A stretch of 64,000 nucleotides of DNA from Macrostomum lignano (taxonomy: Eukaryota): the NCBI GenBank assembly GCA_002269645.1, contig NIVC01000655.1:372001-436000 (forward strand). Direction: 5' to 3'. Below, piece after piece: positions 39,635 through 54,610 of this stretch (positions are counted from its first letter, which is position 1; every line of letters begins with the position of its first letter). The position numbers and the translations under genes are program-made. A model generated the notes under the pieces. That model saw nothing but the letters and a program-made list of their open reading frames with translations, had not been told where the DNA came from and did no database searches.

Positions 39635-40755
39635 GAAAAAAATATAGACAAAAATGGTTAGATTAATTTCTTCGTCAATATGAAATTTATTTAACGCAAA
39701 AAATACAAAACATCAAAATTAAATGGATGCAGTACCTAAAACTACGTGCAGTTGCATAGTCGATAAAAATGTTAAAAATAATTGGGAGGTTGCAGAAAGC
39801 AGCGTGAGATCTTGACAAAAGCATGGTGCAGTGCAGTTTCCTTTTATGCAATAAAAATATTACTGTATTATGTTATAACAAGTTTGGTGCTTTTCAGAAT
39901 ACAACAGTTCAAGCGATGCAGTCTTACAATGTCAAATTTGAATGATATGACATTATAGATGTAGGTGTAGTGTAATATTCTCGGAGTTGAGAACTTGAGA
40001 TCCATACGCTCGTATGAGGGAAATGGTTTGGTTCCGTGGCTTTTACGTTAGTTATTCCTATATTTAAGTTTTGTCAAATTTAAAAAAATTTCTTTTCTTT
40101 AATTGCGAACTGCAACTGTCACAACGATAGAGAGAAGAAATTCTCGTTCAAACTTAGTTGACAGCTTACCCAGCTCAGGGTGCTCAAACAGAAGTGCGCT
40201 GAAGATGGATAGATTGATAAAGGGACTTTGGAGAGGCAGGAAGAGTCTGAGAGACCCAGCCATGGCAAACAGTGCAGCGCATCGATGGGAAACTGGACAA
40301 ATTTGGTCCCTAGTCTCTCCATCTCTACCTGTGTCGTCAACCTTCGATGAGCAAATAAAAAGAAAGTGCGACGCAAGGACACCAGGATGGAGAGGGAAGC
40401 TGCAAACCGACATTTTCTTAATCTACCACGATATTTGGCTTCTTTCAGATAGCTTTAGTAAGTTGGGGCTTCTGTAGCCTTTGCTGGCTGCTGAGGTCGT
40501 TCTGTAGCGATTAGCACGAATTGAAAGAGGTGGCTGGCGACTTCCCAGCGGCTGTTTGCGGCTGCCTCAGGGGGGATTAGGGGGAAGGGGGCGACAGATG
40601 AGGCGAGATCGACAGTGAAATGTCGGATAGCTGGTAGGGCGCGGATATTGAGGAGCAGGGTTAGGGACTAACACGGACAGACTGTACGCAGAGAGGTGGA
40701 AACTAAGACAATAAAAGCGACAGACAGAGAGACGACAAAAAAACACGAAGACAGG

Positions 40756-40865
<110 letters not shown>

Positions 40866-40934
40866 CACAGACAGACAGACACACAGACAGACAGACACAC
40901 AGACAGACAGACAGACACACAGACAGACAGACAC

Positions 40935-41037
<103 letters not shown>

Positions 41038-41053
41038 CTAAGACAGACAGACT

Positions 41054-41093
<40 letters not shown>

Positions 41094-41109
41094 CTAAGAC
41101 AGACAGACT

Positions 41110-41253
<144 letters not shown>

Positions 41254-41256
41254 GGC

Positions 41257-41313
<57 letters not shown>

Positions 41314-41443
41314 GGCAGACAGACAGACAGACAGACAGACAGATAAACAGACAGGTTAGCCAAAGCAGATTAATTATGAGATGCAGGAACGCAGCAAAAT
41401 TGAAATTTTTATTGCATTTCGTCAGAAAAATAATTCTCGTCCA

Positions 41444-41850
41444 TCAATCCAAAGTCGCTTGGTTGCCTAGCAACGCGTTCTGTGACTCCCGTTGATTGTC
41501 ATTGTCGAAAGCGATGGCTGAGACGCCGTTTGGAGTTCGCAGACGCCGCCTTTCCTGCAGCTCCATGACGCTGGCGTCGGGTTTGTCCGTTGAGAAACTT
41601 CTGGCCGCAGTGTCGCGTCGGCGATATTCAGCGTTGAGCAGCGGAGCGCTCCTGCCTTCGGCACCGCCGCCGCGGCTGATGAACCAGGCGCCTCGGCTGG
41701 CGGCTCCGGCGGCGCCGAATCGCGCGGTGCCGGCACCCATGACACCGCCGGCGGCGCCGCCAGCTGCGGCGCTTTGAATGCAGCGGCGACAGAACCGACT
41801 GCGTCGGCAGCAGCACAGGAAAAAGTGGCTGAACTCGGCTCGGAACTTGG
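41444..41850 (-). CDS. HCRTR: Duplicate copy of the GPCR terminal exon (distal)
   Basis: Sequence, acceptor and AATAAA appear identical to 43636-44042; whether it is used is unknown. Confidence 0.55.
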
Positions 41851-41857
41851 CTGCGGG

Positions 41858-41962
<105 letters not shown>

Positions 41963-41983
41963 GATAGATAGATAGATATATAG

Positions 41984-42180
<197 letters not shown>

Positions 42181-42860
42181 GAGATAGACAGATAGATATG
42201 ATAGGTAGACAGGCGGTCCACATCTTACTGTCCTCCAAGAGTTAACACCCCCCCCCCTATTCCGTGTGGAGTCAGCGGCCGGGTTTCAATTCAATTCTGG
42301 CTGTGCAGTTGCGAGCTGGCACTAGCGGTGCGGAAGTCCATACGAGATTTCGGCTGCAGCGCAGGAACTTTTGCTTGAAGAAAGTTGATTGAAGGCGAGA
42401 GCGACAGCTAATTGGTAACTGGGACCCAGAGCTGAGGCAGCGGACCAGCTTTCCGCTGGGAAATTGACCCAGTTCCTCTCTCTCTTCTCTCCGCTGAAAT
42501 TTCGACTCAGCTGAGCTTGTGTGGAGGCCGTTCGAGCGTAAGTCTGAGTGTCTCAGAAAAACTGGAAAAAGACAAGCCGATTACTCGTAAAGAGACCTGG
42601 CGGGCCTGAAGACGACTGAGTACGATGGCATCGCATGCCTGGGGAGACATGAGGACTTCTGCTATAAAACACATTGGTGCTGAAGAAGCGATGAAGTCGG
42701 GATTGGAGACAGGAAGATGGGAGGTAAGCTGCGTGCGTGTGGGAAATCAGAGAGGGAAAGTGGAGAGATTGGGATGAAAAACTGGAGGCAGAGGGAGTTG
42801 AACAAAGGACAGACAGACAGACAGTCAGAAAGACAGACAGAGAGACAGGCAGACAGACAC

Positions 42861-42901
<41 letters not shown>

Positions 42902-42908
42902 GACAGAC

Positions 42909-42957
<49 letters not shown>

Positions 42958-42994
42958 GTCAGAAAGACAGACAGAGAGACAGGCAGACAGACAC

Positions 42995-43035
<41 letters not shown>

Positions 43036-43042
43036 GACAGAC

Positions 43043-43229
<187 letters not shown>

Positions 43230-43245
43230 CTAAGACAGACAGACT

Positions 43246-43285
<40 letters not shown>

Positions 43286-43301
43286 CTAAGACAGACAGAC
43301 T

Positions 43302-43445
<144 letters not shown>

Positions 43446-43448
43446 GGC

Positions 43449-43505
<57 letters not shown>

Positions 43506-43635
43506 GGCAGACAGACAGACAGACAGACAGACAGATAAACAGACAGGTTAGCCAAAGCAGATTAATTATGAGATGCAGGAACGCAGCAAAATTGAAATTT
43601 TTATTGCATTTCGTCAGAAAAATAATTCTCGTCCA

Positions 43636-44042
43636 TCAATCCAAAGTCGCTTGGTTGCCTAGCAACGCGTTCTGTGACTCCCGTTGATTGTCATTGTCGA
43701 AAGCGATGGCTGAGACGCCGTTTGGAGTTCGCAGACGCCGCCTTTCCTGCAGCTCCATGACGCTGGCGTCGGGTTTGTCCGTTGAGAAACTTCTGGCCGC
43801 AGTGTCGCGTCGGCGATATTCAGCGTTGAGCAGCGGAGCGCTCCTGCCTTCGGCACCGCCGCCGCGGCTGATGAACCAGGCGCCTCGGCTGGCGGCTCCG
43901 GCGGCGCCGAATCGCGCGGTGCCGGCACCCATGACACCGCCGGCGGCGCCGCCAGCTGCGGCGCTTTGAATGCAGCGGCGACAGAACCGACTGCGTCGGC
44001 AGCAGCACAGGAAAAAGTGGCTGAACTCGGCTCGGAACTTGG
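43636..44042 (-). CDS. HCRTR: Orexin/allatotropin-type GPCR, terminal exon (proximal copy)
   Basis: Acceptor ctcccgcag; phase 1 restores (T)KFRAEFSHFFLCCC, i.e. helix 8 plus a Cys cluster as in orexin receptors (KFREEF...CCC); AATAAA shortly after the stop. Confidence 0.85.
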
Positions 44043-44049
44043 CTGCGGG

Positions 44050-44154
<105 letters not shown>

Positions 44155-44175
44155 GATAGATAGATAGATATATAG

Positions 44176-44372
<197 letters not shown>

Positions 44373-45052
44373 GAGATAGACAGATAGATATGATAGGTAG
44401 ACAGGCGGTCCACATCTTACTGTCCTCCAAGAGTTAACACCCCCCCCCCTATTCCGTGTGGAGTCAGCGGCCGGGTTTCAATTCAATTCTGGCTGTGCAG
44501 TTGCGAGCTGGCACTAGCGGTGCGGAAGTCCATACGAGATTTCGGCTGCAGCGCAGGAACTTTTGCTTGAAGAAAGTTGATTGAAGGCGAGAGCGACAGC
44601 TAATTGGTAACTGGGACCCAGAGCTGAGGCAGCGGACCAGCTTTCCGCTGGGAAATTGACCCAGTTCCTCTCTCTCTTCTCTCCGCTGAAATTTCGACTC
44701 AGCTGAGCTTGTGTGGAGGCCGTTCGAGCGTAAGTCTGAGTGTCTCAGAAAAACTGGAAAAAGACAAGCCGATTACTCGTAAAGAGACCTGGCGGGCCTG
44801 AAGACGACTGAGTACGATGGCATCGCATGCCTGGGGAGACATGAGGACTTCTGCTATAAAACACATTGGTGCTGAAGAAGCGATGAAGTCGGGATTGGAG
44901 ACAGGAAGATGGGAGGTAAGCTGCGTGCGTGTGGGAAATCAGAGAGGGAAAGTGGAGAGATTGGGATGAAAAACTGGAGGCAGAGGGAGTTGAACAAAGG
45001 ACAGACAGACAGACAGTCAGAAAGACAGACAGAGAGACAGGCAGACAGACAC

Positions 45053-45093
<41 letters not shown>

Positions 45094-45100
45094 GACAGAC

Positions 45101-45281
<181 letters not shown>

Positions 45282-45282
45282 T

Positions 45283-45531
<249 letters not shown>

Positions 45532-45544
45532 GAGACAGACAGAA

Positions 45545-45737
<193 letters not shown>

Positions 45738-46424
45738 CACAGACAGACAGACAGACAGGAATCATCTCACAGAGTTGCCATGGCAACACACGCCACAGAA
45801 GGACGCAAAAGAAGCGCAAACAGAAACAAGATCCAATAAACTGTGTCGGCCGCCCAAGCCCCATAAATCATCAGCCTCGGCGCTAATTCAATTCTGGCCC
45901 GAAGCTGGGGACGGCTTGCCGAAATTCGCGTGACGAAGGACCGGAGCAGCGGAATGGACTGCCTGCAGTCCGGGTGTCATCTTTCAACACGGGACAGCAT
46001 CGCGGCAGCGCACAATTGACCGCGGACTCTGCTTGTTGCATTTAAGCTTTTCATATATGTAGAGTAAAAAAACACATTTTTCTGCTCCATCCTCTTCCAT
46101 TTTTAATCGCTTGTTTTCTGCCTATAGAAGAGCTGCAGCGAGCCTGAGCCCCCTTCCGTCAGGAATAATTGCATTGTCTGCCCAGTAGAGTGAGGAGTGG
46201 CTGAATTTGTGCGTTTTTTGCTTGTCACGGTGGCAAGATTAATGGCCCGCAAGTGTGTCAGTCTCCGGGAGGCCTTGGGAAAATCCATTTGGTCTCTCCC
46301 TCAGCCCCTGGATGGCTTCCGATTCAGGTTCGCTTCTTTGTTAAAGTTGATGGCTTCAGATAGGCTGCAACAGACTTGAGCGCATCAGGGTCTCGGGGTT
46401 GTTTCAATGACAAATGACTTTGTT

Positions 46425-47055
46425 ATCCATCTCACCGCTTGTCTTATTGTTTATCTCACCGCTTGTCTCATTGTTTATCTCACCGCTTGTCTCATTGTTT
46501 ATCTCACCGCTTGGCTCATTGTTTATCTCACCGCTTGTCTCATTGTTTATCTCACCGCTTGTCTCATTGTTTATCTCACCGCTTGTCTCATTGTTTATCT
46601 CACCGCTTGTCTCATTGTTTATCTCACCGCTTGTCTCATTGTTTATCTCACCGCTTGTCTCATTGTTTATCTCACCGCTTGTCTCATTGTTTATCTCACC
46701 GCTTGTCTCACTGCTTATCTCACAATCTCACACTGTCTCATCGTCAATCTCACACTGTCTCATCGTCAATCTCACACTGTCTCATCATCAATCTCACACT
46801 GTCTCATCGTCAATCTCACACTGTCTCATCGTCAATCTCACACTGTCTCATCGTCAATCTCACACTGTCTCATCGTCAATCTCACACTGTCTCATCGTCA
46901 ATCTCACACTGTCTCATCCCTTAATCTCACACTGTTTCATTGTTTATCTCACACTGTCTCATCGTAAATATCACACTGTCTCATCGCTTATCTCACACTG
47001 TCTCATCCCTTAATCTCACACTGTTTTATTGATTATCTCACACTGTCTCATCGTT
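46425..47055. repeat. 24-bp (ttatctcaccgcttgtctcattgt) array grading into a 22-bp (atctcacactgtctcatcgtca) array, GPCR intron 3
   Basis: Direct inspection. Confidence 0.9.
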
Positions 47056-47156
47056 TATCGTTCAACGCGTCCTGGGTTCGATTCCCTGTGCGGGTACATT
47101 AATTCAGAAAACGTTGGAGAAAGTGTTGAGATTCGAAATAGTTTCCCAAAACTCAC

Positions 47157-47296
47157 TGCTCATGAAGCTGTAGATGATGGGATTGACAGCGGAGTTGAAG
47201 TAGCAGAGCCAGTGGCTGAATGCCACAATATTTTGCACTATTCGCTTCAGCGGAATATTGTGCCGAAACAGGTTGTGCTGCCCGATGTAGAACTGC
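47157..47296 (-). CDS. HCRTR: Orexin/allatotropin-type GPCR, exon 3 (ECL3-TM7)
   Basis: Acceptor cccaacag; FSHWLCYFNSAVNPIIYSFMS; phase-1 donor a|gtgagt. Confidence 0.9.
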
Positions 47297-47340
47297 CTGT
47301 TGGGTTGGGGAGTGGTTTGACGGTTTCGTTTGTTGGCGTC

Positions 47341-47775
47341 ACCTGACACATCCTGCATTGGCGCTAACTGACACATCCTGCATTGGCGCTAACTGACACA
47401 TCCTGCATTGGCGCTAACTGACACATCCTGCATTGGCGCTAACTGACACATCCTGCATTGGCGCTAACTGACACATCCTGCATTGGCGCTAACTGACACA
47501 TCCTGCATTGGCGCTAACTGACACATCCTGCATTGGCGCTAACTGACACATCCTGCATTGGCGCTAACTGACACATCCTGCATTGGCGCTAACTGACACA
47601 TCCTGCATTGGCGCTAACTGACACATCCTGCTTTGGCGCTAACTGACATCCTACGCGCCACCTGACGCACACTGTTTTGGCTCTATCTAACTCATCCGAA
47701 ATTAGCACCACCTGACACATCCTACATTGGCGCCACATGACACATCCTAGATTGGCGCCAACTGACACATCCCAC
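47341..47775. repeat. 25-bp minisatellite filling GPCR intron 2
   Basis: Unit aactgacacatcctgcattggcgct; about 12 near-perfect copies plus decayed ones. Confidence 0.92.
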
Positions 47776-47797
47776 ATTGCGGCGCTGCCCGACTCAC

Positions 47798-48456
47798 ATG
47801 GCCCTGAGCACATGCACCGGCAGGTAGCACACGAAGAAGATCACAACAATGGCGATCAGCATCAGCGCCGTTCGTCTTCGCTGCTTCAGCGTAGCGTCCA
47901 ACTTGCGTCGGTTGCTCGCGCCGCCGCCACCGGCGCCAGCCGACGCCGTCGAATTGACCACAGAGCCGCTGACGGACCGCCTGTCGCTGGCCGAGCGTCG
48001 CAGCGACTCGCCAGGCACCACGGCGTGCCACAGGCGGCGGCAGATGACAGCGTAGGCGATGAGCATCCAGGCAAACGGCAGGATGAAGAAGACCACTGAG
48101 TCAACGATGTTGCCGATCATGTCGAAGGACTGAGTTGGCGACATCGGGAAGGAGTCGGTCTGAGTCGAGTTGGACGCCGAGGCCGCAGCGGCAATGGCTA
48201 TGGCGGTCATGTTGACCTCCCAGCTGGATTTGCACTGGGTGAGCAGCACCTCGCCCTGTGGCAGGCCTGAGTAGTGCACCGCTCTCATCTTCAACGGGTA
48301 GTGCACTTTAGTTGCCATGGCGACCGTCCAGATTAGCAGGATGAGGCTCACGATGCGCTTCTTTGTGGCTTTGACCCACATGGGAAGGCAGATGGCGAGG
48401 AGGCGCTCAACCGAGTTGAAGGTGAGCGTCAGCACTGAGACGGCCACTGACACGGG
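47798..48456 (-). CDS. HCRTR: Orexin/allatotropin-type GPCR, exon 2 (TM3-TM6)
   Basis: Acceptor cgtctcccag; PVSVAVSVLTLTFNSVERLLAICLP...QRRRTALMLIAIVVIFFVCYLPVHVL; phase-2 donor at|gtgagt. Confidence 0.9.
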
Positions 48457-48964
48457 CTGGGAGACGGTGAAGCACGGGAGGGGAGGAGGTAGAGATGAGA
48501 CAGCGATGTGTATGTGTGTATGAGTGCGCTGGTTGCTGGGCTATGTCGCCGAAGGTGCCAGTGTACCAGCAGACTTATATCAATCAGTCATGCTCATTCC
48601 TCTGACGCCTGAGCACACACAGACATTTTCGTTTGGGAAAAATCTTCAGGGCATTATATTCGGGTTTAAGAAAATCAGGCTCAAGTTTCCATTGAATTCA
48701 TGCAGCTCATAGTCTGCTGCACTATCGAAGAATTCTATGAAGACTTCGTTAGATGAAAAAGGATTTCCCAACGACAAAATCGGTGTCAAATTTCAGTTGA
48801 ATTTATCAAAGCTGGTTTGAATTTTCAAACAGAATCTCTGTCATTGCATGTTAGTTAAGGTATTAGGACACTAAGCCCTTTGAATCATAAAGGGCTCGTA
48901 AAAGTTGGATCAGCATGCAAAATAGTATTATTGGGGTTTGTCCGCTAACAGGTGATTCTGAGTT

Positions 48965-49905
48965 TTCCACTAACAGGTGATTAGGGTTGTTCACAAACAG
49001 GTGATTAGGGTTGTCCACAAACAGGTGATTAGGGTTGTTCACAAACAGGTGATTAGGGTTGTCCACAAACATGTGATTAGGGTTGTCCACAAACATGTGA
49101 TTAGGGTTGTCCACAAACATGTGATTAGGGTTGTCCACAAACATGTGATTAGGGTTGTCCACAAACATGTGATTAGGGTTGTCCACAAACATGTGATTAG
49201 GGTTGTCCACAAACATGTGATTAGGGTTGTCCACAAACATGTGATTAGGGTTGTCCACAAACAGGTGATTAGGGTTGTCCACAAACAGGTGATTAGGATT
49301 GTCCACAAACAGGTGATTAGGGTTGTTCACAAACAGGTGATTAGGGTTGTCCACAAACATGTGATTAGGGTTGTCCACAAACATGTGATTAGGGTTGTCC
49401 ACAAACATGTGATTAGGGTTGTCCACAAACATGTGATTAGGGTTGTCCACAAACATGTGATTAGGGTTGTCCACAAACAGGTGATTAGGGTTGTCCACAA
49501 ACATGTGATTAGGGTTGTCCACAAACATGTGATTAGGGTTGTCCACAAACAGGTGATTAGGGTTGTCCACAAACAGGTGATTAGGGTTGTCCACAAACAT
49601 GTGATTAGGGTTGTCCACAAACAGGTGATTAGGGTTGTCCACAAACAGGTGATTAGGGTTGTCCACAAACAGGTGATTAGGGTTGTCCACAAACAGGTGA
49701 TTAGGGTTGTCCACAAACAGGTGATTAGGGTTGTCCACAAACAGGTGATTAGGGTTGTCCACAAACAGGTGATTAGGGTTGTCCACAAACAGGTGATTAG
49801 GGTTGTCCACAAACAGGTGATTAGGGTTGTCCACAAACAGGTGATTAGGGTTGTCCACAAACATGTGATTAGGGTTGTCCACAAACAGGTGATTAGGATT
49901 GTCAC
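48965..49905. repeat. 24-bp TTAGGG-containing minisatellite in GPCR intron 1
   Basis: Unit ggtgattagggttgtccacaaaca, about 39 copies. Confidence 0.95.
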
Positions 49906-49929
49906 ATCCCTGTGTGTAAGCGGTCTCAC

Positions 49930-50313
49930 CTGCAGATATTTGAGAACCCGACAGGCCAGGTCGCCGAACACCCAGGTCTCCATGATGTCCTCAATCACGG
50001 TGGGCACCAGGCAGAGCAGGATGACCAAGAAGTCGGCCAGTGCCAGGTTCAACAGGAACAGATTTGTGGCCGAACGCATCTGCGAAGTACGCAGCACCGC
50101 GGCCACCACGAGAGCGTTGCCAACTAAACCAACAACAAACACAGCGAGATACATCAGCAGGATGCACACTTCGAACACGGTTGGCCGCAGTTCGTATCGA
50201 ATCTCCGCGATGTACTCGGCATCCGTCATGCAGTAGTCGTTCAAGTAGTCGCTGTTGACGCAGTCTCGGCCGGTGATGTTCACCACCTGACGAGGCGATA
50301 GCAGATTTCCCAT
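49930..50313 (-). CDS. HCRTR: Orexin/allatotropin-type class A GPCR, coding exon 1 (N-terminus to TM3 start)
   Basis: NDYCMTDAEYIAEIRYELRPTVFE...GNALV...MRSATNLFLLNLALADFLV..CL.PT...DIMETWVFG...C...YLQ; donor cag|gtgaga after YLQ; acceptor ctctacag 9 nt upstream of the ATG. Confidence 0.9.
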
Positions 50314-50569
50314 CTGACTTGGCTGTAGAGGCGGAACTATTGCTCATTGAATAAGCGGCAGCGGAGTTTCGAATCCTGCTGGATGCGACTGAGTTTTATA
50401 CAAGCGATGGGCTCTGCACTGACACTGAAAGTTAGATCAGGGATTGGACCTGCAGAGCGCAGCCAATGCGAGCTGGGCGGGCTGGGAACGGAGACACAGT
50501 GGGTGGCAGTGCGAGAGGAACTAGCTGTCACTGCACCTGTGAAGTTTGTGCCTGACTTTGCTGGCCTTC

Positions 50570-50755
50570 ACAGGGGTTCACAGCTACCCCCTCATCTGAT
50601 GGTCACAGCTACCCCCTCATCTGATGCTTCAGGGGTCACAGCTACCCCCTCACCTGATACTTCAGGGGTTCAGGGGTCACAGCTACCCCCTCACCTGATA
50701 CTTCAGGGGTTCAGGGGTCACAGCTATCCTCTAACCTTTCTGCTACCCCCCTCAT
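50570..50755. repeat. Short tandem repeat (ggtcacagctaccccctcatctgat...)
   Basis: About 5 degenerate copies upstream of the GPCR start. Confidence 0.75.
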
Positions 50756-51529
50756 CTAAACATTCGATAGAATTTTCCACAACCCATCAAAATCGCAGGT
50801 GCCAACTGAGGTCGCCATGGTGCCACTCATCAGACCTTGCACTCACTGAGGCCGCATCCGTACTTTATGACCTCTTTTCTTAGGTCTCTCTAAAATATTT
50901 CGAAGCATTTCCATATCTGGAGTTTCCTGTTAACTCCGCTACATGTACACAATATTGTATTATAATTATCCTCACTTCCGCAAACTCCCTGCCCCCTCTA
51001 CAGATAGCGGCTGTCCTCTCCTCGTTTCCCCTCCGATGCAGTGAAACCTGGAATTCTCCTCAGAAAGACCCTCGAATGATGTCGGAGGAATGACAGCTCG
51101 ATAAGCTTCCGCCCGGCATGTCTTTCCTTCTTTCCTCGCCTGCCTCCAAAATCTTCATCTAAGACGTTCGGGTTTCTATAAGCCTCATATCGGTGTCGTC
51201 AGCATCTGCGTTCGTCATTCCATAATCTTCATCCTCATATCGGCAGAGATTTCCAGAAAATCCCGATTGCAGCTGACAAAGGGAGAGAGGCTGGGGCCTC
51301 AGCTGCTGCATCTTAGATAGAAAAATGGGACTTAGGGCTAATTTATTAATCCGTTAACACCCAGCACTGATTAGTTGTGTACTTCCGTGGGCAAGAGATT
51401 GGGCTAGATGATAAAAATATCTCAAAATGCAAACTCCAAAACAATGCTGCACTTAACCGAGAGCTGATTTAATAGTACATATTCAGTTCTACTTTTGAGT
51501 TGGGGACACTAATATTGTGAGCTGGAGAG

Positions 51530-51733
51530 CGCCAACATTCAGAGTAGGGGGGGGGGAGTGGCGCCAACATTCAGAGTAGGGGGCGCCAACATTCAGAGTA
51601 GGGGGGGGGAGTGGCGCCAACATTCAGAGTAGGGGGGGGGAGTGGCGCCAACATTCAGAGTAGGGGGGGGGGGGGGTGGCGCCAACATTCATAGTTGGGG
51701 GCGCCAACATTCAGAGTAGGGGGCGCCAACATT
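51530..51733. repeat. G-tract minisatellite (ggcgccaacattcagagtaggggg...)
   Basis: About 7 copies with variable poly-G. Confidence 0.85.
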
Positions 51734-52018
51734 TGGTTTGGTAGCTGTGGGTACCCCTAATAAAATAGCCAAGGGAATTATTAAGTGTTTGTATACTGTA
51801 AACTTTAAAGAGACAATGCAATAAGTGCTTTATATTAGCACTATCTACTATGAGTAGTTTACGACAGGAGAAATAATTTAGCAGTAATCTGGGTGGGCCA
51901 TTATTACAAGGCTACGCAGGGTGGAGAGCGACTCCAGCTCCGTCGGTCCTCTGCACCTACCCTCCTGTGGTTGGAGAGAAAATGTATGCACTGGTTACTG
52001 GGGTGTCGCAGGTATGGA

Positions 52019-54610
52019 CCCAGTGAAAAATGATTTATGGATTCCACGTGGGTTCCACGTGGCCATGTGGAATTTAAATGTTTCTTTAATTTTTGCAAAT
52101 TAATGACGTAAAGATGACATAATGGTATGCAAAGTATTTTTTATGCATTATTTTTTTATTTTTACTGTCCTAATGTTGATGTGGATTTTACAAGGAATTC
52201 AAGAGAAATAAGCGTATATTGATTCAACATGGAATCCACTTCGATAAAAAACTGTGATACACCACATTCAGACGTTTTTATGAAATTACTATAATAAATT
52301 ATTATATTTATATGCTTTTAAGTAAAAATTAATATCTGAAAGCTAAATTATAATCGGACAATAAGACACTGTTTGTTAAAATAGACAAAATAGAAGTGAA
52401 CAATAAAAAACGTTTCGTGCTTTTTAAAATGAAATTAATTTTATTTTATATTCGTCAATGTCTTGGTTCAAGGCCTTGAAACATAAATTGCCTTGTTTAT
52501 GGCTATTTAAGCACCTTAAAAATTTTAGTAGACCTAGCCTATAGGCAATAACTTATAAGGCCATGGCCTCCATGGGATTAGAAATTAGATAAATCAGTAT
52601 TTTATCATAGATAGGCCTAATACTTTTGGTAAAATCCATGACCATGATAAATTTATTTAGGCCTATCCAATTTCTAGGAATCCCATGGCCATGTCCATAG
52701 ATTGGCTACTCATTTTTTAACTTAAATAGGCCTTTAGAAGTTCCTCTTAGTCCTACCTATCTATTTATATGTAGGCCCCTATGCTTATTAGGCCTATTTT
52801 AAGCTAGGCCTATAACTATCAATTTAGCCTAAAATTTAGGTCCTATTTTAATTAAGGTTAGGACTAGCTTGACTTTGTGAATTGTGACTAGTCAATCTAG
52901 TTAGTCTGTTAAAAATCTATTAATTTATGATTTTCTTCAAAGAAGCCTGTTAGCATCTTTTGGACTTGTTGCATTTTTAAAAAACAATTTTTCTCTAATC
53001 GATTGTATACAAACAAGCAAGATTTTCATTTTTAGTATATGGATATTATTAATTATAATAAATAATTCTTTGCAATTACACTTGCAACTTGCTTTTGGCA
53101 TAGCTAGCCTAGTAGACCCCTAAGGTTGCTATTATAAATAAGTATTAAATTATTGTAAATTTGATCTGATTTAGGCCAAGACCAGAATTTAATAGCCATA
53201 GGGCATAGCTATTTAGGCTTAGGCCGCTTAGGCCTAATGTTTAATCATACTAGGTCAGCAAATATAAAAAACATGCATTGCTTTGCCTAAATACTTTATA
53301 GTCTAAAATCAATTTTAAAAAAAAATTAAATTTATAGAAACATTTATTAATTCTTTTTGTACTTATTATTTTATTGGTAATTTTATTCATTGACTTAGGT
53401 AGAGTTTTATTTTTTGCTAGAGACAAGGTGCAAAATCATACCCTATGCTTACTTTCAGGGTTTTATAATTTTAAGGCTTAGAATGCAGTTTCTCTTTTTT
53501 CTTATATAAAGGCAGTGCAAATAAGGCTTCAACAAAAAAATAGGTAATGAGATCACACCTAAACTGTATCAACTTTTTAATTTCAATTTTCAAGGTGGGA
53601 TTTTAAAATTTAAGGTGCATATGCATACTTTGCGCATAAAAAATAAACCTAGGACTTAGGCCTAGTTAATTTTAAAATAAACTTTATTAAGTAGTCATCC
53701 TTAAATTAGTTTTATGAATTATATCAATATAATCTATCAATCTTAATTGGCAACAATTATTTTTCTATTTCATTTCAGCCTAACATTACATGGCCCATCC
53801 TCAAACTTGGATGTCACCTTGGTCTTGCTTTTGAAGAAGCATGCAAAGCTACTTGGAATTTGAATTTAATATCTAGAATGCTACCTTTTGTGAAGCAATG
53901 GTAAGTTTTAGTTATAAACTGATTTTTTTCTGTCATTAAAATCTGTTATAAGATCAAAATCTATTACAATATTTGTCATCAATCTGTTATAAAATTCTGT
54001 AATTTAACCCCTTTCTTTTCTAAGGTTGCTCACCTGACCTGAAGAAGCAGCATTCTGGAAATTGGCAGCAGCATGTTTCTGACTGTTCTAATTCTGGTTC
54101 ATTATATTATTGTTAATTAATTAATGCTATTGACAATGTCAATTTCAAATTATATATTAAATCATATGCATAGCGCAACTCAAGATATCAATATCTACAT
54201 CAGTGTGTTTATTCTTTGTGTGCCAGTGACTCACTACTGTACATAAATACACCTTGCTTATTGAGACATCCTTTTTGAATATATTTTTGTGCAGAAATAT
54301 TTTGGCTATAGCTAGTGTTTTTATCTGTGTTTCAGTTTCTTTTATATGGTATTGAGATCTGGGGTTCGTATGAAATTTTGAGATCTGGTATTATTTTGAG
54401 ATTTAGGATGCAACAATTTATTATGGCAACCAGTATAATGGCTGCTTGCTCAATGACAATGTGGATTCTATGTGAAATACATAATTACTTCCATGTGGAT
54501 CTTCCATGTGGAATCCATATCTTGATTCCACATGGATGGACGGAGACAAATGCACATATGGATTTCATATGAAAAATCCACATGGAATCCATATCATTTT
54601 TTTCACTGGG
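52019..54610. mobile_element. Non-autonomous CMC/EnSpm-like DNA transposon, copy 1
   Basis: TIRs cccagtgaaaaatga / tcatt(tt)tttcactggg; subterminal ccacatgg/ccacgtgg repeats; 2-bp TSD ga; no transposase ORF. Confidence 0.8.

Noticed and set aside
48863-50236. Long VDNPNHLF / IRVVHKQV ORFs
   Set aside because: Translations of the 24-bp intronic array and the antisense strand of GPCR exon 1.
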